NCBI GenBank assembly: GCA_045224915.1
Contig: JBGVAV010000023.1
Location: 16,431-80,430 of the forward strand
Direction of reading: 5' to 3'
DNA from: Treponema sp.
Lineage (GTDB): Bacteria; Spirochaetota; Spirochaetia; Treponematales; Treponemataceae
DNA length: 64,000 nt
Both the position numbers and the translations under genes were made by a program. Shown piece by piece: positions 36,977 to 46,189 of the stretch. Below the pieces are notes generated by a model. The model saw only the letters and a list, made by a program, of their open reading frames with translations, made no database searches and had not been told where the DNA came from. The stretch's first letter is position 1. Each line of letters starts with the position of its first letter.

Positions 36977-37723
36977 TTATTTTCTGAAAAGCTTATACCA
37001 CAGGAGCACTGTCTTATACCAGAAATATGGGAAGAGCAGGAAGATTTTAAAAGGATTGTGAAGAACTTCTACAAAAACTTCGTGCCCCTTTTCAAAGGTC
37101 TTTTCGTTTACACGCTTGATGCGTTCAGAAAAAATACCAAAGCTGTCTTTATAATAAAGGAAGATGCTCGAAGAAAAACGGTTTCGTCTTTTGTATGCCC
37201 AGCAGTTTTTATCTTTAATACCTTCACTCACAAGAACAAGCGATGGTTGAGATTTAAAGATTGCCTGAACAATATCATCTTCGTCCTGCTTTGAATAATA
37301 ACCAACATAGCGGCCTACAATTTTAAGACCAGGGAATGTGTCGTGAACATTCTTTTCGGCTTTCATTAAAGTCTTTTTGTGAGAGCCCAAAAGATAGAGT
37401 GATTTATAATGAGAATCAAGAATTCCAAGAATCTGAATTACCGCATTAAAAGGATTATATCGAACAGGGACAGGCTTTTTTAAGAAGCGTGCACCTTTTA
37501 AAATACTCTTAGAAATTGGCAGAACAAGATCTGCATTTTGAACACATTCCGAAAAATCGTTCTTGCGTCTGGCTTTAAGTAAATCCCAGATTGAAAGGAA
37601 GATTATCTGTTTTGTTCCAGGCTTTGCCAAAAGCTCAAGAACTGCGGCCTCAAGATTTTCTGGCCCACAAACATCAACTGGAACCCCTAATAAATTGATT
37701 CTTTCTATAGACATATTACCCAC
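36977..37723 (-). CDS. WecB/TagA/CpsF-family glycosyltransferase (divergent)
   Basis: RINLLGVPVD...ADLVLP...LYLLGS...FPGLKIVG. Confidence 0.8.
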   Translation of the reverse strand: MGNMSIERINLLGVPVDVCGPENLEAAVLELLAKPGTKQIIFLSIWDLLKARRKNDFSECVQNADLVLPISKSILKGARFLKKPVPVRYNPFNAVIQILGILDSHYKSLYLLGSHKKTLMKAEKNVHDTFPGLKIVGRYVGYYSKQDEDDIVQAIFKSQPSLVLVSEGIKDKNCWAYKRRNRFSSSIFLYYKDSFGIFSERIKRVNEKTFEKGHEVFVEVLHNPFKIFLLFPYFWYKTVLLWYKLFRK

Positions 37724-38506
37724 CTAAAAACCAGTTATTGCAGTTTGAACAGCCGCTAATCCATAAAGAGCCGCTGTTTCGCATCTAAGTATATTAACGG
37801 AAAAATGTACGGGGTATAAGAGTGCTTTTTTTGTTAAAAGCTCAAGCTCATCAGGACTGATTCCGCCTTCATTTCCACAAACAATGCAGACAGCAGCCGG
37901 GGGCTTATCTTTAAAACGACCAAAAGGCTCTTCCACCGTTCGTTCAGAAAGCACATATCCCGCAGCATCTCCATCTGCCTCTTCTTTTATTTTATTCCAG
38001 ATTTCTATTGCCTGTTCAACTGTAACAGGGTCAAAAATTGTTGTATCAACAGGGGAACCGCTTTGCTGACGTGCCTCCCGTACAATTCGTTCAAGCCGTT
38101 CCTTTTTTCCACCAGCAAGAGCTGCAATACTACCCTTTTCTGTGTATTCACTTATTACAGGAACAATATTTTTTACACCACATTCAGTAGCCTGACGCAC
38201 AATGAGTTCAAGCTTCTGCGGTTTTGGGATGAACTGAAAGAGAGTGTATTCTGGGGCTGTGGATTGCGATGTAACATTTTCAATGACAGGAGGCTGAGTT
38301 TCTGCACAAATCTGAAGTGTTATTTTTTTAGCGCTGTCATCAATTTTTGCAACTGTGGAATTAAAAAGTTCTCTATCGGACAGGCGCAGCTTTACCATAT
38401 CACCTGCTTTTACACGCAGAACCTGACGCAGATAGTGAAAGTCTTTGCCATCAATTATAACGAGACCATTTTTATCCTGATTTTTTTCTATAATCAGCTG
38501 TCTCAT
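37724..38506 (-). CDS. rsmE: 16S rRNA m3U1498 methyltransferase
   Basis: HYLRQVLRV, QATECGV, EARQQS, GNEGGIS, ILRCETAA. Confidence 0.93.
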   Translation of the reverse strand: MRQLIIEKNQDKNGLVIIDGKDFHYLRQVLRVKAGDMVKLRLSDRELFNSTVAKIDDSAKKITLQICAETQPPVIENVTSQSTAPEYTLFQFIPKPQKLELIVRQATECGVKNIVPVISEYTEKGSIAALAGGKKERLERIVREARQQSGSPVDTTIFDPVTVEQAIEIWNKIKEEADGDAAGYVLSERTVEEPFGRFKDKPPAAVCIVCGNEGGISPDELELLTKKALLYPVHFSVNILRCETAALYGLAAVQTAITGF

Positions 38507-38509
38507 CGG

Positions 38510-40000
38510 CTATTGTACAGATTCTTCCTTTGCAGTTTCAGCAGCAAGAAGTGCCTCGTCCTGAAGCTCCTTTAAAGTTTTAGTCTTGCGCATAAGGTCG
38601 CTGTAATTATTACTCTGAATAATTTCGATAGCCTTTGCAAGCTGTAAATCATAATCCAAATCATACAAAGGAGAAACCTGAGTTCTCTGAACCTGGATTC
38701 TTATAAGACGGCGAAGCAATCTTTCATCAACAGGATATGTCTTTGCAATTACATTTGCAGCAAGAGCAATATCGTTTTCGCTCATGTTAGGAGTTTTTTC
38801 TACAGTTTCTGTGATGATGTTTGAAGCAACTAACTTTGTATAAGCCTCTTCCTGTTCAGGAGTCATTGTTTCAATATTTTTGATTTCGTAATCTGGCGGA
38901 ATTCCAATCTTATCAATATTTACATCACTTGGAGTATAGTAGCGTGCCATTGTAAGCTTCATTCCATCAATATCACTGAGTGGAATTACCTGCTGAACAG
39001 AGCCCTTTCCATAAGTTTTCTGACCAACAAGATATGCCATGTGATAATCTTTAAGAGCACCCGAAAGGATTTCTGAAGCACTTGCCGAACCCTGATTTAT
39101 AAGCACAACAATAGGAAGATTCTTTTTTGCGGTAGTCTTATCTGGGCTTGCAGTAAATTCCTGATTTTCAAAAGCAAGACGACTCTTTGTAGAAACTATG
39201 AGTCCGTTATCTATAAACTTATCTGCAACATCAACAACACTTGTAATGAGTCCGCCCGGATTATCGCGAAGGTCAATAATCATGCTTGTGTAGCCGTTTT
39301 TCTGGAAAAGATCCATTGCATCCTGAAGACGCTTTGGAGTTTCAGGAGTAAATTCAATAAGCTTACAATATCCGATTTTTGTACCTTCAATCATTCCATA
39401 CTTTGCAGTTGGAACTTCGATAAGTGCACGAACAAGCTTTACATCAAAGCGCATGTTTGCACCACGAAGGATTGTTACAGTAACAGGAGTTCCAATCTGG
39501 CCGCGAAGATGACTCAAAACTTCGTTCATGGTCATTTCCGGAGTTGGAAGCCCGTCAATTGCAATAATATAATCTCCGGCATGAATACCTGCTCTTGCTC
39601 CCGGAGTATCATCAATAGGAGAAGAAACTTCTACATAAGCAGGCTTTTGCGGTGTAGATTCAATTGGCTTAGAAATAGAAAGTCCAACACCACCAAAGTT
39701 TCCGGTAGTTGTATCGTTAAGATCTCGCATGTAATCAGGATCAAGATAAAGCGTATAAGGATCCCCGATTGCATCAAGCATTCCCTTTATAGCACCCTCA
39801 TAAAGGATTTTAGGATCAAGCTCATCAACATAATTCTGCTGCACATAATCAAACACCTGATTCAGCTTTTTCATATACTGAAAGGAGGTTGCCTTAGACT
39901 CTTTGGAAGTCTGAGCAAAGCAGGAAGAACTGAACAACAGTGAAGTAATTACAACACTAATATAAAAAAATTTACGAAAATGCATCTTTAAAACTTTCAT
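38510..40000 (-). CDS. ctpA: Carboxyl-terminal processing protease, S41 family
   Basis: DPYT, GVGL PDZ, DLRDNPGG, SASASEILSG, TYGKGSVQ, GIPPD. Confidence 0.95.
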   Translation of the reverse strand: MKVLKMHFRKFFYISVVITSLLFSSSCFAQTSKESKATSFQYMKKLNQVFDYVQQNYVDELDPKILYEGAIKGMLDAIGDPYTLYLDPDYMRDLNDTTTGNFGGVGLSISKPIESTPQKPAYVEVSSPIDDTPGARAGIHAGDYIIAIDGLPTPEMTMNEVLSHLRGQIGTPVTVTILRGANMRFDVKLVRALIEVPTAKYGMIEGTKIGYCKLIEFTPETPKRLQDAMDLFQKNGYTSMIIDLRDNPGGLITSVVDVADKFIDNGLIVSTKSRLAFENQEFTASPDKTTAKKNLPIVVLINQGSASASEILSGALKDYHMAYLVGQKTYGKGSVQQVIPLSDIDGMKLTMARYYTPSDVNIDKIGIPPDYEIKNIETMTPEQEEAYTKLVASNIITETVEKTPNMSENDIALAANVIAKTYPVDERLLRRLIRIQVQRTQVSPLYDLDYDLQLAKAIEIIQSNNYSDLMRKTKTLKELQDEALLAAETAKEESVQ

Positions 40001-40148
40001 ACTTATACTATAACAAAAATACAGCGCTAAAGAAAGGCCTTCATACGAAAAAAACTGGCTCCCAGCTGAGTGTGTGTGTCAAAACACCTGGAAAACAAAA
40101 AGTTAGAAAAAAAATAATTAAAAAAATGATTCAAATGTGTAGGCATTT

Positions 40149-40283
40149 GAAAACAAAATGGCGCGAGCGTAATCGGGGCGGGAAACTACATCTAGGGTTG
40201 ACGAGCGAAGCGAGATAAATGGTTTACCATACAACCCTAGCAGTAGTTTTCCGACACGATTTCGCGGAAGCCATTCTGTTTTC
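40149..40283. repeat. 135-bp imperfect inverted repeat (structured element/MITE-like) between ctpA and flaB
   Basis: Arm 40149-40200 pairs with arm 40232-40283 (gaaaacaaaatggc/gccattctgttttc; ggaaactac/gtagtttt; ctagggttg/caaccctag). Confidence 0.8.
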
Positions 40284-40340
40284 CTTATGAATACATATTT
40301 TTCCCAGAATTTTTTTTTCAAAAATTTTTTATTTTTTTTC

Positions 40341-40367
40341 TAAACTTTTTTATTGCTAACCCGAAAA
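40341..40367 (+). promoter_or_regulatory. sigma28 (FliA) promoter of flaB
   Basis: TAAA-N15-CCCGAAAA versus consensus TAAA-N15-GCCGATAA, about 100 nt upstream of flagellin ATG. Confidence 0.7.
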
Positions 40368-40465
40368 TCAACTATAGGGTGGTGGAAACCCATGAGATAA
40401 ACCACGTCGTGGTTTGAAAGCCCACCATGTGTTTTATCTATTAACCAAACTATAAGGAGATTATT

Positions 40466-41326
40466 ATGGTTATTAATCACAATATGAGTGCTATGTTCGC
40501 TCAGCGTTCCCAGGGAATTCAGGATCTTAATGCCCAGAAGAGCATGGAAAAACTCTCATCAGGTATGAGAATCAACCGTGCAGGTGATGATGCTTCAGGA
40601 CTTGCAGTTTCTGAAAAAATGCGTTCACAGATTCGTGGTTTGAACCAGGCTTCTACAAACGCTCAGAATGGTATTTCTTTCATTCAGACAACTGAAGGAT
40701 ACCTTCAGGAAACAACTGACATCGTTCAGCGCATCCGTGAACTTGCTGTTCAGTCTTCAAACGGTATTTACTCAGCTGAAGACCGCATGCAGATTCAGGT
40801 TGAAGTTTCATCTTTGATTGCAGAAGTTGACCGCATTGCATCAGCTGCTCAGTTCAACGGTATGAACATGCTTACAGGACGTTTCGCTCGTCCAACAGGC
40901 GAAAATGTTGTTACAGGTTCTATGTGGTTCCATATTGGTGCTAACATGGATCAGAGAACTCAGGTATACATTGGTACAATGTCTGCTACAGCTCTCGGAC
41001 TTCGCAACATTGGTGATGAATCTATCATGACTTTGGAAACTCCAGACGAAGCTAACCGCGCAATCGGAACTTTGGATGAAGCTTTGAAGAAGATCAACAA
41101 ACAGCGTGCTGACCTTGGTGCTTACCAGAACCGCCTTGACCTCACAGTTAAGGGACTCGACATTGGTGCTGAAAACCTCCAGGCTTCTGAATCACGCATC
41201 CGTGATACAGATATGGCTGAAGAAATGGTTGAATTCACAAAGGATCAGGTACTTTCTCAGGCTGGAACCGCTATGCTTGCACAAGCAAACCAGACTTCAC
41301 AGAATGTACTCAGCTTGCTCCGCTAG
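40466..41326 (+). CDS. flaB: Periplasmic flagellar filament core protein FlaB
   Basis: [64 protein letters not shown]; 286 aa; strongly biased codons. Confidence 0.97.
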   Translation: MVINHNMSAMFAQRSQGIQDLNAQKSMEKLSSGMRINRAGDDASGLAVSEKMRSQIRGLNQASTNAQNGISFIQTTEGYLQETTDIVQRIRELAVQSSNGIYSAEDRMQIQVEVSSLIAEVDRIASAAQFNGMNMLTGRFARPTGENVVTGSMWFHIGANMDQRTQVYIGTMSATALGLRNIGDESIMTLETPDEANRAIGTLDEALKKINKQRADLGAYQNRLDLTVKGLDIGAENLQASESRIRDTDMAEEMVEFTKDQVLSQAGTAMLAQANQTSQNVLSLLR

Positions 41327-41345
41327 TTAATAGCGAAACGATAAA

Positions 41346-41384
41346 AAAAGGCATCCGCAATCGTCGGATGCCTTTCTTTTTTTT
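41346..41384. terminator. Bidirectional intrinsic terminator between flaB and STAS gene
   Basis: A7-ggcatccg-caatcgt-cggatgcc-T-rich tail. Confidence 0.85.
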
Positions 41385-41395
41385 AAAGATTGTAA

Positions 41396-41791
41396 TTAAG
41401 ATTTGAATGCTGCTATTGCTTCATCTAAAGAATCTGTAAAAGTAAATGATTTAGAGAAACCTAAAAGCTGGAATACTTCCATTACCTTAGACTGTACGTT
41501 AAGGAATACAAAGTTTCCGCCCTGGAGCCTTATTGCTTTCCAGAGATTAATAAAAGCACCAATTCCTGTTGAAGAAACATAAGAAAGGTTCTTACAATCA
41601 AAAATCAAGGCTTTATAATTGAAAGCAATTATCTTGGTTACTTTAGTCTGGAAAAAAGAAGAGTTATATGTATCGATAAACCCATCAAGATGAACGACAC
41701 AAACAGAGTCCATGCCTTCAACCCCTTCCAAATTAAGCTGTAAATAATCATTTTTTTCGCTTCCGAAATTTGGTATTAAAACTTCTTTCAT
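41396..41791 (-). CDS. STAS-domain anti-sigma factor antagonist
   Basis: LDGFIDTYNS, LSYVSSTGIG, VMEVFQLLGF. Confidence 0.9.
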   Translation of the reverse strand: MKEVLIPNFGSEKNDYLQLNLEGVEGMDSVCVVHLDGFIDTYNSSFFQTKVTKIIAFNYKALIFDCKNLSYVSSTGIGAFINLWKAIRLQGGNFVFLNVQSKVMEVFQLLGFSKSFTFTDSLDEAIAAFKS

Positions 41792-41878
41792 CAGAATTTC
41801 CTTCTTAAGATTTTATAATTTATATCGTATCCTAATTATATACCATACTTTTAAATTTGTATAGAAAAATTTTCAAAT

Positions 41879-43630
41879 TTATCGATACAAATCCAATTCT
41901 TCATATGATGTATGCAGCAATTCATGAGACTTGTGACCAAGTGGCTCTCCAAGGAAATCCTTGTAAATTGCGGCAATTTCCGGGTTGTTATGTGACTGAC
42001 GGTATGTACACTTTTCATCATCAGTATACAAAGCCTTTGTACGTGCAGCACGAACCTCGTCTGTAACACCATAAGGCTGTCCACCACCACCAATACAACC
42101 ACCGCGGCAAGCCATAACTTCGATAAAGTGCCAGGTTGGTTCTTTACCTGCAGCCAGGTCAGCGCGAATCTGTTCAATAACAGCGTCTACATTCTTAATC
42201 TGGTGAACTACTGCAATGCGTACTTTTGTTCCGCCAAGATCAACTTCTGCAGATTTAACGCCTTCCATACCGCGAACCGGTTCAAATTCAACAGGACCAA
42301 GTTCTTTCTTGTTTGTAACAAAGTATGCAGTACGAACAGCAGCTTCCATAACACCACCGGTTACACCAAAGATTGTTCCGGCACCTGTGTATGAACCAAT
42401 AAGGCTGTCTGCATTTTCTTCAGGAAGGTTAGCAAAATCAATTCCAGCTTCGCGGATAAGCATTGCAAGCTCGCGGGTTGTAAGAACCATATCATAATCC
42501 TTAAGGCCGCTTGAGCTCATGCTCTTGTCTCTCTGGCTTTCCCAAAGCTTTGCAGTACATGGCATGATAGAAACATTGAAGATATTTTCCTTTTTGATGC
42601 CGTTCTTTTCTGCAAAATATGTCTTTGTGATTGCACCCTGCATAGCCTGTGGAGACTTACAGGTAGAAATATGTGGCAGCATGTCGTGGAATTTCTTTTC
42701 GCAGTAGTCAATCCAGCCAGGACAGCAGCTTGTAAACATAGGAAGCTTTCCGCCCTTAGAAACGCGTTCCAAAAGCTCGTTGCCTTCTTCCATGATTGTA
42801 AGGTCAGCAGCAAAGTTTGTATCAAATACATACTTAAATCCAAGCTGACGGAGGGCTGCATAAATCTTACCTGTTGTAAGAGTTCCTGGTTCCATACCAA
42901 ATTCTTCACCGATTGCGGCACGAACAGAAGGAGCCATGGCTGCAACACCAATTGTTTCTTTATCTGCAAGCTTATCAAATACAGATTTAATAGGATTTTT
43001 GAAAGTAATAGCACCAACAGGACAGTGAACAGCACACTGACCACAGCGGATACATGGGCTGTCTGCAAGTACGCGTCCTGCAACTGGTCCGATTATAGTC
43101 TTATCACCGCGTCCGTTGTATTCAAGTGCAAATACATTCTGCATATCGTGACATGCTGTAATACAGCGTCCACAGTTTATACACTTATCGCGGTCAAGAA
43201 CGATTTCTGCATAAGAATCATCAACCGGCTGGTTCTTAAGGCGGCGTTCAAAGCGGATATCTGTCAATCCAAACTGACCTGCAAGCTTCTGAAGTTCACA
43301 GTTCTGGTTTCTTGAACACTTAAGACAGTTATCAGGATGATTAGAAAGAATAAGCTCAAGAACAGTGCGGCGAGCCTTCATAAGGTCTGCATCGTTTGTT
43401 ACGATGTTCATGCCAGGTGTAACTGCAGTACAGCAGGCACGAGCCATACGGGCACGACCAGTTCTTGGGTCAACGTTCTTTACAACACAAATACCACAGC
43501 TTGCCCATGCTTCAAGGTCATCGCAGTAGCAGAGGGTTGGAATCTTAATACCAATAGTTTCTGCGGCCTTTAAGATTGAAGTTCCTTCCGGCACGCTTAC
43601 CTGTTTTCCATTTATTGTTAATTCTACCAT
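41879..43630 (-). CDS. hydA: [FeFe]-hydrogenase catalytic subunit (group A3, electron-bifurcating)
   Basis: N-terminal 2Fe-2S, HxxxCxxC and two 4Fe-4S motifs; H-cluster TSCCPGW, MPCTAKLWE, EVMACRGGCIGGGGQP. Confidence 0.95.
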   Translation of the reverse strand: MVELTINGKQVSVPEGTSILKAAETIGIKIPTLCYCDDLEAWASCGICVVKNVDPRTGRARMARACCTAVTPGMNIVTNDADLMKARRTVLELILSNHPDNCLKCSRNQNCELQKLAGQFGLTDIRFERRLKNQPVDDSYAEIVLDRDKCINCGRCITACHDMQNVFALEYNGRGDKTIIGPVAGRVLADSPCIRCGQCAVHCPVGAITFKNPIKSVFDKLADKETIGVAAMAPSVRAAIGEEFGMEPGTLTTGKIYAALRQLGFKYVFDTNFAADLTIMEEGNELLERVSKGGKLPMFTSCCPGWIDYCEKKFHDMLPHISTCKSPQAMQGAITKTYFAEKNGIKKENIFNVSIMPCTAKLWESQRDKSMSSSGLKDYDMVLTTRELAMLIREAGIDFANLPEENADSLIGSYTGAGTIFGVTGGVMEAAVRTAYFVTNKKELGPVEFEPVRGMEGVKSAEVDLGGTKVRIAVVHQIKNVDAVIEQIRADLAAGKEPTWHFIEVMACRGGCIGGGGQPYGVTDEVRAARTKALYTDDEKCTYRQSHNNPEIAAIYKDFLGEPLGHKSHELLHTSYEELDLYR

Positions 43631-43654
43631 AATTCTTACCTCACTTACCCTGCT

Positions 43655-45556
43655 CTATTTCTTAGAAATTGACTTGAACTTGCAGGAATCGATACAAGCA
43701 CCACACTTAATACACTTGCTCTGGTCAATAACAACGTATGGAAGCTTCTTGCCAGGTTTAACTTCGCCGGCTTCATTAACCACAATTGCATTAGCAGGAC
43801 AATGCTTAAGACAAAGCTTACATCCGATACAAGTTTCCGGGTCAACAACAAATGAAAGGAGATCCTTACACTTGCCGGCAACGCACTTCTTGTTTTCGAT
43901 ATGATCAATATATTCCTGACGGAACTTTTTAATAGTAGAAAGTGTTGGGTTTGGAGCAGATTGTCCAAGAGCACACAAAGAACATGAACGCATTGCAGAA
44001 CCGATATCTTCGAGCTTCTGAATATCATCCATAGTTCCCTGACCCTTAGAAATCTTATCAAGAATCATATGCATCTGGCGTGTACCAATACGACAAGGTG
44101 AACACTTACCGCAAGATTCATCAACACAGAATTCCATATAGAACTTAGAAACGTCTACTACACAGTCGTCTTCGTCCATTACAATCATACCGCCCGAACC
44201 CATCATAGAGCCAAGCTTAATCAATGAACCAAAATCAACAGGAGTATCAAGTTCGTTCTGGCTGATAATACCACCGGAAGGACCACCAGTCTGAGCACCC
44301 TTGATTTTCTTTCCGCCCTTAATACCACCACCAACGTCAAAGATAATTTCGTTGAGTGTTGTTCCCATTGGAACTTCTACAAGTCCGGAATTAACTACTT
44401 TACCTGTAAGAGCAAATACTTTTGTTCCGTGTGAATCTTCTGTACCAATTCCAGCGAACCAGTCGGCACCCTTGTTGATAATTACAGGGATATTTGCCCA
44501 GGTTTCTACGTTGTTGATTACAGTTGGTTCACCCCAAAGTCCGCACTGAGCTGGGAAAGGAGGTTTTGGTGTAGGCATACCGCGCTGACCTTCGATAGAA
44601 CGAAGAAGAGCTGTTTCCTCACCACAAACGAATGCTCCGGCACCAAGACGGATTTCGATATCAAAGTCAAAGCCTGAACCAAGAATATTTTTTCCAAGGA
44701 AGCCTTTTGCACGGCTCTGTTCCATTGCAACTTCAAGACGATGAACTGCAAGAGGATATTCTGCACGAATATAGATAAATCCTTTTTTAGCACCGATTGT
44801 GTGGCCACAGATTGTCATAGCTTCAAGGATTGAGTGTGGGTCACCTTCGATAGTTGAACGGTCCATGTAAGCACCTGGGTCACCTTCGTCGGCATTACAA
44901 ACTACATATTTAATTCCATTCTTTGAAACTGCCTTGTAACCAGCTTCCCACTTAAAGCCTGTAGGGAATCCGGCACCACCACGACCACGGAGTCCTGATT
45001 TTTTAAGTTCATCAATAACTGTTTCAGGAGTCATGTCAAAAAGAACTTTTTCAAGTGCCTTGTATCCGTCGCGGGCAACATATTCTTCAATATTTTCAGG
45101 ATTAATTACACCACAGTTGCGTAAAACGATACGCTTCTGCTTGTTATAAGAAGGAACTGCATTGTCGATTGCACTTGCGTTTTTGTCTTCTGTAAAGGTA
45201 ACGCCGCCAACAACCATGTCCTTAAGGATTGTTTTTGATGCAATTGAATCTACAACTTCTGCAGCTTTATCTGCCTTAACGCCGCCGTAGATTACTTTTT
45301 CCATGCCTGGAGCAACAATTTCTACAACAGGCTCGTATGAACAAAGACCCATACAACCTACGCTGCGGATTTTTACATCCTTAAGGCCCTTTTCTTCAAC
45401 GATTTTTTTGAATTCGGCAATTGTAGCCTGTGCGCCAGAAGCGTTACCACAGGTACCGGTTCCTACTATAATCTGAATTGTTTTTCCGTCTGCAAACCAG
45501 CTGTTCATATCTTCAAAAGAAGCTGTACGGAATTTTTTAAGTTCTTCACGTGTCAT
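43655..45556 (-). CDS. hydB: Bifurcating hydrogenase NADH/FMN subunit (NuoF-like)
   Basis: SGLRGRGGAGFPTG, CNADEGDPGA, GAGAFVCGEETAL, ESCGKCSPCR, C-terminal two 4Fe-4S. Confidence 0.94.
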   Translation of the reverse strand: MTREELKKFRTASFEDMNSWFADGKTIQIIVGTGTCGNASGAQATIAEFKKIVEEKGLKDVKIRSVGCMGLCSYEPVVEIVAPGMEKVIYGGVKADKAAEVVDSIASKTILKDMVVGGVTFTEDKNASAIDNAVPSYNKQKRIVLRNCGVINPENIEEYVARDGYKALEKVLFDMTPETVIDELKKSGLRGRGGAGFPTGFKWEAGYKAVSKNGIKYVVCNADEGDPGAYMDRSTIEGDPHSILEAMTICGHTIGAKKGFIYIRAEYPLAVHRLEVAMEQSRAKGFLGKNILGSGFDFDIEIRLGAGAFVCGEETALLRSIEGQRGMPTPKPPFPAQCGLWGEPTVINNVETWANIPVIINKGADWFAGIGTEDSHGTKVFALTGKVVNSGLVEVPMGTTLNEIIFDVGGGIKGGKKIKGAQTGGPSGGIISQNELDTPVDFGSLIKLGSMMGSGGMIVMDEDDCVVDVSKFYMEFCVDESCGKCSPCRIGTRQMHMILDKISKGQGTMDDIQKLEDIGSAMRSCSLCALGQSAPNPTLSTIKKFRQEYIDHIENKKCVAGKCKDLLSFVVDPETCIGCKLCLKHCPANAIVVNEAGEVKPGKKLPYVVIDQSKCIKCGACIDSCKFKSISKK

Positions 45557-45571
45557 ATTTTCCTCCAGTTC

Positions 45572-46051
45572 CTATTTGCGATATTTATCTACAATGCCGG
45601 CAAGCTGAGATTTTACGAGGTTACCGTAAACTTCGCCGTTTACAGAAATTACAGGAGCAAGTCCGCAGCATCCGATGCAGCGTACGCCTTCGAGCGAGAA
45701 TTCTCCGTCATCTGTAGTAGACTGACCTTTTTTCAAGCCAAGAATGTTTGCAAGTTCGTCGTAAAGGTCCTGACCACCCTTGAGGTAGCAGGCTGTACCA
45801 AGACAAACACTGATCTGATTCTTTCCAGGCTTTTCGGTCTTAAAGAAATGATAGAACGAAACAACTCCAAAAACGCGGGCTGCAGGAATACCTGTGCGTT
45901 CTGCAACTTCCATAGCTGCTTCGTTAGAAATATAACCCTGTTCTTCCTGAACACGGTGCAAAATCATGATGAGATTTCCCGGTTTTTCCTTCCATTCTTC
46001 TATAAATGCAAGAAGTTCGGCCGAAAAAACGGACTTTCCGCTTTGTGCCAT
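45572..46051 (-). CDS. hydC: Bifurcating hydrogenase 2Fe-2S subunit (NuoE-like)
   Basis: VCLGTACYLKG, CIGCCGLAPV. Confidence 0.93.
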   Translation of the reverse strand: MAQSGKSVFSAELLAFIEEWKEKPGNLIMILHRVQEEQGYISNEAAMEVAERTGIPAARVFGVVSFYHFFKTEKPGKNQISVCLGTACYLKGGQDLYDELANILGLKKGQSTTDDGEFSLEGVRCIGCCGLAPVISVNGEVYGNLVKSQLAGIVDKYRK

Positions 46052-46071
46052 ATATATGCTCCTATTTGTAT

Positions 46072-46105
46072 GTCATTGCGAGCCCGAAGGGCGTGGCAAT
46101 CTACA
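46072..46105. repeat. GTC-tagged palindromic element, family A copy 3, in leader of hydrogenase operon
   Basis: gtcattgcgagcccgaagggcgtggcaatctaca; reverse complement matches 477-510. Confidence 0.85.
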
Positions 46106-46169
46106 ATTTTTTAATAATAATTAGCCTTTCTATTATAGTGCATTATTTGCGAAAAGTATATAGAGGTTA

Positions 46170-46187
46170 TTGTAAAAGGTTTTACAG
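46170..46187. promoter_or_regulatory. Possible Rex operator upstream of hydrogenase operon
   Basis: TTGTAAA-AGGT-TTTACAG, 3 mismatches to TTGTGAA-N4-TTCACAA. Confidence 0.4.
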
Positions 46188-46189
46188 AC

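Noticed and set aside
40118-40321. 67-aa minus-strand ORF in the ctpA-flaB gap
   Set aside because: TTG start in a poly-A/T tract, no SD, and it runs through the inverted repeat; likely spurious
40370-40465. c-di-GMP riboswitch in the flaB leader
   Set aside because: GGAAAC is present but the rest of the class I/II consensus could not be matched
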